Source of the DNA: Utricularia gibba
Taxonomy: Eukaryota; Plantae; Magnoliophyta
DNA length: 24,235 nucleotides
Assembly (NCBI GenBank): GCA_002189035.1
Contig: NEEC01000347.1
Span: 1 to 24,235, forward strand
Direction of reading: 5' to 3'
Shown one piece after another: positions 11,903-21,344 of the stretch (position 1 is its first letter; the number at the start of each line of letters is the position of its first letter). The notes below the pieces were generated by a model. That model was not told the origin of the DNA. It ran no database searches and saw only the letters and a program-made list of their open reading frames with translations. A program made the translations under genes and the position numbers.

Positions 11903-12170
11903 GTTACATCTGATACTATGATAGTGTTATTTCGAAGTTGCCTTAAAATTGAAAAATCCTTTTCTACTGGGGTTATAAGGAAGATGTTTTTATGTTCTCA
12001 TTATCTTAGCGAAAGCAGGAAAATAAATCTTGAGTTAATTCTACACAAGATGTTAGTAGGGATTCTCTTGTCCTGGTGGACTTCATTATCAAATATAATC
12101 GATGTTTTATGAAGAGTGGTATTGCTTTCTTGAGATGCTTTGTGCTGCTAATATTTCAAGGGCTACGTTA

Positions 12171-12275
12171 CTTGACATCTCCCAAGTTTGTGTGGAGCGT
12201 CACCGCCTTGGGTGACCCAAATTGTTCGTGCAGCCAAAAACAGGATACATAATCAAGACTGAAAAATCGAAACAT
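12171..12275 (-). pseudogene. CYP18-1: 5' piece of CYP18-1/PPIL3-type cyclophilin
   Basis: After acceptor CCCAAG, 12206-12171 encodes AVTLHTNLGDVK (cf. the CYP18-1 N-terminus MSVTLHTNLGDIK), then breaks into VAP27 intron sequence. A candidate ATG micro-exon at 12275-12273 is inferred. Confidence 0.85.
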
Positions 12276-12399
12276 GCACCGACCTGTTCGACTGAACTCC
12301 CCACTCGCCGGAAAATAAAACTGGCATCCGTACCCACCGGACCTCGTCGAATTAACCTTGAAATAACAAGCTCCTGATTTGAAACGTTGAAAAGTAGTC

Positions 12400-12408
12400 A
12401 AACCCTAA
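12400..12408 (+). promoter_or_regulatory. Telo-box AAACCCTAA in the orphaned cyclophilin 5' region
   Basis: Exact AAACCCTAA ~130 nt upstream of the candidate CYP ATG on the minus strand. Confidence 0.5.
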
Positions 12409-12475
12409 ATTAAAATATCCAATGCACATTATTTATTTTTAAATAAATAACAAAAATTGCAACACCCAAAGTAAT

Positions 12476-12563
12476 GGGCATTGAGCGAGATGAACGAATA
12501 TCGTTGCTCCTGATGTAAGGGAACAGTTTCGTCTGGGCGTCGAAAGCGGCGATGAACAAGTTG
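12476..12563 (+). pseudogene. Second duplicate fragment of the FHA last exon (ALSEMIGIVAPDVREQF region)
   Basis: GGGCATTGAGCGAGATGA...TCGTTGCTCCTGATGTAAGGGAACAGTTTCGTCTGG.CGTCGAAAGCGGC.ATGAACAAGTTG matches 9263-9349. Confidence 0.9.
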
Positions 12564-12620
12564 CCTTTTCGTTCACAACATCATTCCTCAAAAATAATAC
12601 ACAAAAACTCCATTCATAAT

Positions 12621-12844
12621 TATCGGATTTGTTGATCAGTTGCAGGAAACACCAAGGAAAAAGAAGTTGATTAAAAAATTAGAAGGTAAACAACCAAATA
12701 AAGTTGGAAGAATTCTTCCAAATCGACAATCAAAACTTAGGAAAAAAAAACCCACGGCAAGGGATACAAAAATAAGAGGAGAAGGAAATTTCTAGGAAAG
12801 TGAAGCTGGAGCGGTTCGATCTGGAGGAGCCCTCCGTTACTCAT
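12621..12844 (-). pseudogene. VAP27: VAP27 copy B, inverted 5' fragment
   Basis: Exon 1 at 12844-12793 reads MSNGGLLQIEPLQLHFP with the donor mutated to GA. It is followed by a deleted intron 1 and a 32-nt piece of exon 2 (12652-12621, ~SCSLQLINKSD). Confidence 0.88.
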
Positions 12845-13163
12845 TTTGTGACTGTGAGAGATTCGTGGACAGAGAATTGACGAAAACAACGACTTTTCCG
12901 GCTGCGGTAGCGGATACCGTCTCGCAATTCGAGAGAAATAACGGAGAGGGAAGAAAAGAAAAGATCTGGTTTCCCCTACGGCCACAATCGCCCGTTTTAA
13001 ATATTGCCTTTTTTAAACAACCTTTTTTTTCCAAAATTATTCCTCAAAAAATAGTACACAAAAATTCCATTCATAATTTTTAATTAAACATTACAAAATG
13101 ATACAAAATATTATACATCAAACACGCGTTCACACAGTGTACAATGCTCTTAACAGTGTTGTT

Positions 13164-13837
13164 TTATATACGATAAAAAGAAAAGCAGCTTCGATCACAC
13201 ACCATCAGTAGCCTGCGCGGCGGTGGTGGTGCCACGATGTCGGGATTAGTTTCAGTTTCTCCGGCGGAGTCACGGCGGAGGAGATTCCAGTTATCCCAAT
13301 TCGCTACAACAATCAGAGCAATAGAGAGAGAAACTGCTGGAATGAAAGAGAAACGCGTAGGCATGAAAAACGCGAGGAACGCAAAGAGAGCAAAGGCAGC
13401 GGAGGCGGAAGCAGCAGCGTAAAAAAGGCGCCCGTTTCTCCTCTGAGGGTAAATGATGGCGAGAATGTGTAGAGTTGAATACACAAAGAGAGACGTCAGG
13501 AAGATCTGTTGCACACCGTTCAGGTTCGTCTTGTCGCGTACAAGTGTTAGGAGAAATATCGCGACGGGGATGATGGTTTTGGTGAGAAATTTAAAAATCT
13601 CCATCAGCTTCTCCGTCTTGGAGCTCGTAGTATCGGAGAAGATGGTGGCGTGGACTATCGCGGGGGAAGGTTCGGCCTGCACGGAGAAGTTGATGAAGAT
13701 GTGGTGCCTGGTGAAATGGGGGATGTCATTTTCGTTTCACACAGAAACTGAGCTAACTGTAAGTGATCAGAAACATACCTTGCCGCGAACGAGGGTTCCG
13801 CCGAGCCATAACCGCGTGCGTTCTGGAAAGCGGCCAT
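13164..13837 (-). CDS. Uncharacterised small 4-TM protein, copy B (intact, two exons, 200 aa)
   Basis: complement(join(13164..13707,13779..13837)). Exon 1 is MAAFQNARGYGSAEPSFAA, followed by a 71-nt GT-AG intron (GTATGT...TTCACCAG) and exon 2 R-HHIFINFSVQAEPSPAIVHATIF.... There are four hydrophobic segments. TATA lies ~40 nt upstream. An extra TG near 13200 reads through the family stop, adding 11 aa. Confidence 0.8.
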
Positions 13838-13871
13838 TGTCGGATGAGGATTGCTTCCTGGAGGGCGGGGG

Positions 13872-13880
13872 GATTTATAA
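13872..13880 (-). promoter_or_regulatory. TATA box of 4-TM copy B
   Basis: The minus strand reads CTTATAAATC ~40 nt 5' of ATG 13837; an equivalent TATA precedes copy C. Confidence 0.55.
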
Positions 13881-15295
13881 GGACCATTGAGGAAATTAGC
13901 CGATTTATTCAACCAGTGACGCATACGATCAACCTGTGACGCCTAATACCTTTCGATTTCACATCCACATTTTATTTCAACAAATAATGAAAAGTCTTTT
14001 TGGAGAAATCTTTTGTCTTATTAAACACCTTTTGATTTGACATCCTCATCTTTTTTCAATAAATAATGCATCCTCATCTTAGAACCTGTGAGAAAAAGCA
14101 TCATCTTAATCGTAGTAAACACTCTTTTTTTTTTTTTGGAGAAAAGTTAATACACCACTTAAACTATAATCTTCACTTATTTAAAGAGAGCGGCATTCAT
14201 ATGAGTTAAATAATTATTTATACTCAAATTTACCAATTAAAATTTTTTGTCTTTTTTTTTAAAAAAAATTGAAATCATCATTGCTTTCGTCATTAATTTA
14301 TTCAACATAAAAGAATAAATTTTAGGACTACTTTATACATAAAGTGAAGAATAAGTTAATGGTAAAAATACGGTCAAAATGTTAAAATAATAAATTCAAA
14401 TAGAAAGTTTACATTTTTGGAATGTACAAGAATTACGTCAATACACATAAAACCAATCATATGATTAATAATTGTATTTTTTGGAATTATTTAATTTTTA
14501 TAATAACTTAGGACCATATTTGTAGTTTTAATAAAAATAATAATAAAATAAAGATACTCACCGTGTTTGTACCTGTGGCTATGTTTTGCAACCATTTTCA
14601 TTCTCAAAATGAGAAATTACCAGTTTTGCAAAACAGACATGTTTTCATTTTTTAAAATGAAAATTTTTATAAAAAAATAAATGAAAAATGATACTCATTC
14701 TAACATGATCGTTTTTCTAATAATATCATTATTTCATTTTTTTATTTTTATAATTTGGTGAATTAAAATTTATTTTTTTTATGTAAATTCTTATTTTAAT
14801 ATTGATTTCTCATTTTGTAATACAACATATTTTCATTATGTAATCTTTTTTTAAAGTTACATAACAACAATTTATTTCATTTATCATTCTTATTTAGTTT
14901 ATACCTTATTGGTTTCCGTGCGGTCGTCCCCGACGGTGTACGAGACGTGGGACCCCTATCGCCCCAAGAAAAATTTCTGCACCTAACATCCATTAATGTT
15001 GTGACGGTGGATTGGAATCATGACATTTCACCAAAACTAAAAAAAGTGAATATTAATAAAAAATATATTATATTAAGTCTAGGATGTATTTGTTAAGATT
15101 TAGTTCAGGAACTTTTATTATTAGCTATTACAAACTATGTATTATCAAAATATCACTCAATCATAACATATGAATAAAATTATTTATTTTCAAATTGAAG
15201 AACATGGAGTGTTTTTTATATAAATAGAAATCACTCTAATACATCATTAAAATTTATTTCTTAAATTGAATGCAAACTTGAAAGAAGTTTATTCA

Positions 15296-15494
15296 AGGAT
15301 AGGATAGGATAGGATAAAATCAGCGTTCCAATGCGGGGCCCTTTCTTTTAGTGGACCCCAACCAACTCCTCCAACCGTTGGAGTCCAACGTGGAAACAAA
15401 ATGGCGAGGGCAAGTCACTGTTGATCATCGGGGCCCATAACTTCTCGAACTAATCAACGCCACTTAAGTGGATCCTTTCTTTTAGTGGACCCCA
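15296..15494. repeat. (AGGAT)4 followed by a 21-bp direct repeat pair and a 15-bp palindrome
   Basis: AGGAT x4 at 15296-15315; CCTTTCTTTTAGTGGACCCCA at 15340-15360 and 15474-15494; CTCCAAC-C-GTTGGAG at 15369-15383. Confidence 0.85.
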
Positions 15495-15750
15495 CGCAAC
15501 CCCTCCAAGTTATTAATGTAAAATAATACATAAGATTGTTTATTGACATCTAAATTCATGAAAAATAAATAATTAAATAAACATAATTTAATATTTTAAT
15601 AACATTATCTATTTACCAAAGCAAAATAGAGGAGTACATCTATTTAACCAATTTTTTATCCACGTCATCTATTTTGGTTTTCAAAATATAGAGCCGCGTG
15701 AGGCTACGCAGTCCGACGTCACTCCTGGTCATCTGGCCCCACAGTAGCAC

Positions 15751-15811
15751 CTTGGGAGCCGAACCAGGGTTCCGCCATGCCGTAGCCCCGTGCGTTCTGG
15801 AAGGCGGCCAT
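15751..15811 (-). pseudogene. Orphan exon 1 of the 4-TM family
   Basis: ATG GCC GCC TTC CAG AAC GCA CGG GGC TAC GGC ATG GCG GAA CCC TGG TTC GGC TCC CAA G|GT encodes MAAFQNARGYGMAEPWFGSQ, matching 13837-13779 and 17766-17824. No exon 2 follows. Confidence 0.85.
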
Positions 15812-17507
15812 TCGGCGGGAAGGGGTAACATAGTGGGCAAGGCGGCCCAATCATCTACGGATCTATCTTTTTGTCCAATTTCTCGGTATGGAATTGTAAG
15901 GTTTTATGGTGTTCTAAACAGTATTCGAATTCTGATATTGGGACAGATTGAACTCTTCTATTCAATTATCCTCGTGTTCCTATATCTCTTCTCCCCTTAC
16001 CTGCATCTGCATCTGTCAGCGCGGGCATTTATCAAATAGGATTATTTACACAATTTTACAAATAACACAAACCTATCATTTTACTTGGGATTATTTACAC
16101 AATTTTCATGTTTGAAATTGATTCTCGTTTTCACTTAATTGCACTCGTTCACATTCAATGAACAATCACACCCAATAACAATAAGGACATGGCACTGATA
16201 AAACTCAGTAATATAACATTCAGTAATATACTTCAAAAGTGGAACATCTCATAACACCCGATCAAACCTTACAATCCATTTAAAAATAAGAACAAATTGT
16301 TGCAATCTCTTAGAAACTGTAACACCCTTCAAAAACCACTTGAAATTCCAAAAAATGGACAATGAATTTGTTAAAAATAATAGTTATCACTTTTGTGAAT
16401 TAGATGCACAAGAATCGATGATATGTTGTATAAATAGTTTATAAATGCATCAAACATAAGTAATGATAATGCATGAATCGTAAAGAATGTTACACCACAT
16501 TCACTAGGATAAAAAGCAAACTTGTTAATGTTCCATTTCAGGTAAACATGTACAATAAACAATTGATTAAATTACCAAATAAAAAAAATTACAGAGTTGA
16601 AGTATGTTACTGAAGAGGAATTGGATGTAAGGAGATCAACACACAAAGTGTAACGTCTACCAGATTACGCATATTCATTAGTCAAGCAAATTGTTGCAGA
16701 TTTCTTTAATAGTAAAAGGTTTTCTTGTGAATATACACACGTTGATTAAGGAAGCATCCTGGATATCACCCAAAATGGAGTTCCCTTTAACGTATAAGTC
16801 AACGCAAAGTGAGAGTCGAAAAAATTGGACGCGATTTTAATAAAGGTTGAGGGTTGGTGCAGAGTGGACAACAAACATTAAAATTCGTAATGCATATTAT
16901 AAAGTTTCATGACATTCTCCTTATTTTAATGAATGATATCACGATATTGTAAACAAATTTGGGCCAATTTCCTATCATATTTAAAAAAGAATTGCATATT
17001 CGTGATTGTATATTGTTTGTGAATACCATAAGAAAAATTATACTATTATATTATATTATAAAATATCCATTAAATATAATGCTATTTTTGGGTTTAGCCA
17101 CGCCCAATCTACAATTATATCTCTCCCATAAAATTGATTGGGCCTCCTCTGTTTTTTAAATTTTTAATTCAAATTATGTAGAATATAGTCAGTTTTAAAA
17201 TTATATGAATAGAATTGATTTAAGATTGTAAAATTATTTTATAAGATAACATAAAATTATATTGATTTTAATAAAATAAAAGATATATTATAAAATTTAA
17301 TATATTAAATTATTGTATAATTTAATATTATAATATAAATGTATTTTTAGAATAGATAAAAATTGAATAATATAATTTTTAGAATTAATCTCTTATTTAA
17401 TCTTTAAAATAAAAATTCAATAAATTTAATAATTTCTAAAATTAATTATAAGATTTAAATTTCTAATTTTAGAATCTTAAGAAATTAAATATAGTTCCTT
17501 CAAAAAA

Positions 17508-17616
17508 TTTATAACACAAAACCGAACCATGGTTAGAAATATAATTTCAAAATTGAGTGCCTGGAACACGGTTTATAACACAAAACCGAACCATGGTTAG
17601 AAATATAATTTCAAAA
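17508..17616. repeat. Perfect 45-bp direct repeat (period 64 bp) upstream of 4-TM copy C
   Basis: TTTATAACACAAAACCGAACCATGGTTAGAAATATAATTTCAAAA at 17508-17552 and 17572-17616, plus a third partial AAAACCGAACCACGGTT to ~17630. Confidence 0.9.
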
Positions 17617-17728
17617 CCGAACCACGGTTTGGCTGCCTGTGTGGAAAAAGTGGGCCCTCTGTGTACAATTACCGAAATAGCCAAGAAATGATCAGCCTCC
17701 TGATCGTGATTCCTGAATCCCCCCCTCT

Positions 17729-17737
17729 TATATAAAT
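17729..17737 (+). promoter_or_regulatory. TATA box of 4-TM copy C
   Basis: TATATAAAT ~30 nt before ATG 17766, followed by a pyrimidine-rich stretch. A GTGGGCCC TCP-type site lies at ~17650. Confidence 0.55.
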
Positions 17738-17765
17738 ATCCTCCTCCCCTCTTACATAAACCGGA

Positions 17766-18430
17766 ATGGCTGCTTACCAGGACGCACGCGGCTAAGGCAC
17801 GGCGGAACCCTCGTTCGCGCCAAGGTATGAAACCGAAACAATTGTTCCTGTTCACTTACAGTTAGCTCAGTATCTTTGTGAAACGACAATGAAATTCTTC
17901 ATGTCACCAGGCACCACATCCTCATCAATTTCTCCGTGCCAGGCCAAACCTTCGCCGGGACAGTCCACGCCACCATCTTCTCCGATTCTACGACCTCCAT
18001 GACGGAGAAGCTGATTGAGATTTTCAAATTTCTCACCAAATCCATATTCCCCGTCGCGACTTCTCTTCTCCTCACCTTTCTACACGACAAGACGAACCTG
18101 AACAGTGTTCCTGTGCTGTGGATCTTCCTCACGTCTCTCTTTGTGTATTCAACTCTACACATTCTCACCATCATTTACCCCCACTGGAAAAAAGAGCGCC
18201 TTTTTTACGGAGCTGCTTCCGCCTCTGCTGCCTTTGCTCTCTTCGCGTTCCTCGCGTTCTTCATGCCTACGCGTTTCTCTTTCATTCCAGCTGTTGTTCT
18301 CTCTATTGCTCTGATTGTTGCAGTGAATTGGGATAACTGGAATCTCCTTCGCCGCGACTCCGCCGGAGAAACTGAAGCTAATTCCGACATCCAGGCACCG
18401 CCGCCGCCGCGCAGGCTACTGATGGTGTGA
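17766..18430 (+). CDS. Uncharacterised small 4-TM protein, copy C (exon 1 stop; in-frame restart at 17999, 143 aa)
   Basis: join(17766..17824,17911..18430) with an 86-nt GT-AG intron. TAA at codon 10 (17793-17795). The next ATG in the spliced mRNA is 17999, in frame, and precedes all four hydrophobic segments. Confidence 0.7.
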
Positions 18431-18773
18431 TCGGAGCTGTGGTTTTCTTTTTATCATAAATAAATTAACGACTGTTAACAGCCTTATACACTGAGAGTGA
18501 ACGCGTGTTTGATGTATAATATCTACCATTTCGCAATGTTTAACTACAAATTATGAATGGAGTTTTTGTGTATTATTTTTCAGGAATAATGTTGCAAAAG
18601 AAAATATAATTTTGGAAAAAGGTTGTTAAAAAAAAGCAATGTTTAAAAGGGGAGATTCTGGTGGTTGGAAAACCAGATCTCTTCTTCCTGTTCTGTTATT
18701 TCTCTCGAATTGTGCGCCGGGATCCGCCACCGCTGCCGGAAAAAGTCATTTTTTCGTCAATTTTCTGTCAGAA

Positions 18774-20697
18774 ATGAGTAACGGAGAGCTTCTCCAGATC
18801 GAACCGCTCGAGCTTCAATTTCCTTGTAATTTCTTTCCCTTGTTTTTTTATACCTCGCCGTGGGTTTTTTTTTTTTTTTTTTGAAGTTTTGATTGCCGAT
18901 TTGGAAGGATTCTTGTTTCGTGTTCATTTTCGATATCTGCCGATTTTATTCGGTTGTCTGCCTTCTGGGCTTTGAATTTTCTTCCACGCGTCTAATTTTT
19001 TTTTATCCAATTCTTTTTCCTTGGTGTGTTGAAAGTCGAATTGAAGAAGCAGATCTCGTGTTCCCTGCAATTGATCAACAAATCGGATAATTATGTTGCA
19101 TTCAAGGTATCATGCTGCTGCTTCCTTCCTCAATGTTATGATTTTCAGCGTATTATCCCTACGGTCAGACGTGAGATAATGTAAAGGAGGAATTTTGCGA
19201 TGACATTGTGTAGTATCTCCGTTTCATGATGATTTGATGAACCCGTTCCAGGTGAAAACAACTAACCCCAAAAAGTATTGCGTGAGACCGAATACGGGAG
19301 TCGTCATTCCTCACTCTACATGTGATGTTGTAGGTAATGGATTTTTATTTCATCCTTCCGCTTTCGCCTAAGAGGAACGGAGGACTCGCGGTGTATTCCG
19401 ATCCGCAGTGCTAGTAATTTATGGTTTTCTGATTCATAATTTATGCCCTTCAGTTACAATGCAAGCACAAAAGGAGGCTCCTCCAGACATGCAGTGCAAG
19501 GATAAATTTCTCCTCCAGAGTGTCGTAGCTAGCCCTGGATCAACAGTAAAGGATATTACTGCAGAAATGGTGTGTGGCTTGTCAGTGACCTTGATAAGTT
19601 GATTAGAGTTGCGGGTTGATGTTAAAAAAAAAAATGTTCTTTGACCAGTGTTTACATCTTTTATCAGTTCAACAAAGAGTCTGGAAACCATGTTGATGAG
19701 AACAAGTTGAGAGTTGTGTATGTTCCACCTCCAAGGCCACCTTCTCCAGTTTATGAGGGAGTGGAGGAAGGCTCCTCACCGCGTGACTCTGTGTCGGACA
19801 ATGGGGCAGCCTATCAATATTCTGATTCTAATGCTGTGAGTCGTGGGATCTTTTATTTGTTTGAATGGATTGTACAATTCTTAAATGTCATCAGTTTTGT
19901 AATGCATCACAATCTTCCCATCTCTTTTATTATTGCAGATGTTTAAAGCATTGGGTGAACAGAAGGAAACCACAACTGAGGTTAAGTCTGATACTATGAT
20001 AGTGTTATTTCGAAGTTGCCTTAAAATTGAAAAATCCTTTTCTTCTGGTACTATAAAGAAGATGTTTTTATGTTCTCATTATCTAAGCGAAAGCAGGAAA
20101 ATAAACCTTGAATTAATTCTATAGAAAAACACAAGATGTTAGCTAGAGATTCTCTTGCATCTCATGCAACCTGGTGGACTTCATTATCAAATATAATCGA
20201 TGTTTTATGAAGAGTTGTATTGCTTTCTTGAGATGCTTTGTGCTGCTAATATTTCAAGGGCCACATTACTTGATTCAAAGACTGGGTAATGCGCTAAGCA
20301 CTATGTAGAGGGAGACATAGAAAGAGTCAAGTTGGATGATAATTTCTCCTATTTTTCTGGTGAACGCTGAAGGGTCTTTTCCTCATCATTGTGTCGTTTC
20401 TCCCCCAAATTGCAGGGTCAGTCCTTGGTTTCCAACCTGACAGAGGAGAAGAGATCTGCTCTCCAGCTTAATCAGAAGCTCGAGCGGGAATTGGTAAGCA
20501 TTTCAGGATCATCCCAACAGCTTCTGAAATCTCAGTTTTCCCCATCCTCTTGTTCAATAACTTACCACACGGGGCATCATACCCCGCAGGAGGTGCTGAG
20601 GCGTCAAACCCGGAAAAGCAACGGCATTCCAGTCATCTATCTTGTGGTGGCCGCCCTGGCGGGTGTTTTGTTGGGGTACATCCTCAAGAGAGTGTGA
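18774..20697 (+). CDS. VAP27: Vesicle-associated protein VAP27 (MSP domain, coiled coil, C-terminal TM), intact, 238 aa
   Basis: Exons 18774-18825, 19036-19106, 19252-19333, 19454-19569, 19668-19835, 19939-19980, 20416-20493, 20590-20697 sum to 717 nt with consistent phases. Motifs FKVKTTNPKKYCVRPN, MQCKDKFLLQ, KLRVVYVPPPRPPSP and GVLLGYILKRV. Confidence 0.96.
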
Positions 20698-21026
20698 GTG
20701 GTTTGAGACAGAAGTTAGAGCTATTTTTCCCGCAGAAGACTGATCAAGTTTTTAGCCGTCTGTTTTGTGGTAGAAAGCATTGAGCGTCGTGCTTTGATTC
20801 TGCGGCGTGGTGATGATGCTATCCATTGCTGCTTCATTCATTATTAGTACCGTCTGCTGCTTGTTACTCTCCCCACCTGCCTTTGAAATTAACTTATTTT
20901 GGAGTTTAATTATCCACTAATCATGCAAGTTTTTCTCGGGTACTCCTAATAATAATAAGAGATTGTTTGATAATAGTATACATTCGGAGTAATATTTTTA
21001 TACTAAAATATCAAACATACTCTAAG

Positions 21027-21050
21027 AATAATGATAATAATAATAATAAT
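21027..21050. repeat. (AAT)n microsatellite in the AT-rich intergenic spacer
   Basis: AATAATGATAATAATAATAATAAT, with similar short tracts near 21113-21130 and 21200-21215. Confidence 0.7.
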
Positions 21051-21344
21051 AGGAAATTTGTAATTTACTACAATTCTACAAATCATTTTGTAAGAATTTC
21101 TTTATTTATTGTAATGATAATAATAATAATGACACAAAGATGCAAAACCACACCGTGGATCCATTCGGGTTCAAGTATCCGACTGAAAGCAAAAAGTATT
21201 TATTATTATTATTATTTTGAATGACTATCATTTCGATCTGGTGACACCTCATCGGTTGTGGCTTCCGAGGAGCGAATCTGGCCGGTTGGGATGCTTTGGA
21301 CCGGCGTCTGGAATTCCGTTTTCCAGATTTGAGTCGTCGTTCCG

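Larger units (their letters stand above)
9836..12175 (+). repeat. Segmental duplication unit [4-TM exon 2 + VAP27 exons 1-6], direct copy of 17848-20273
   Basis: Continuous high similarity including introns, apart from one unrelated ~60-nt patch near 10435-10485. Homology ends at ...TTACTTGA (12175 / 20273). Confidence 0.93.

Noticed and set aside
13453-13890. 145-aa plus-strand ORF, and similar ORFs at 9545-9829, 17899-18174, 3214-3657 and 10179-10364
   Set aside because: These are antisense or alternative-frame shadows of the 4-TM gene; they recur only because the gene is duplicated.
13655-13924. Unspliced Ser/Pro-rich ORF MAAFQNARG...KMTSPISPGTTSSS
   Set aside because: It is read-through of the 71-nt intron. 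It terminates at different positions in each copy, whereas the spliced frame is conserved.
13916-13942. Two GTGACGC motifs upstream of copy B as an as-1 element
   Set aside because: The spacing (20 nt) does not fit the as-1 geometry.
14562-14900. Possible MITE starting CCGTGTTTG with internal palindromes (GTTTTGCAAAAC)
   Set aside because: No matching second terminal inverted repeat or target-site duplication was found.
16039-16930. GGATTATTTACACAATTTT x2 (MULE-like end) and coding-like sequence behind it
   Set aside because: No partner TIR and no transposase motif recognisable in any frame; it may be an old TE relic but cannot be supported.
17161-17500. ~90% AT tract
   Set aside because: Low complexity with no clear periodicity or terminal repeats.
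17825-17870. Earlier acceptors TTACAG and GCTCAG for the 4-TM intron
   Set aside because: They would give 22-46-nt introns, and in copy B they lead to early in-frame stops; only TTCACCAG joins the TM frame in both copies.
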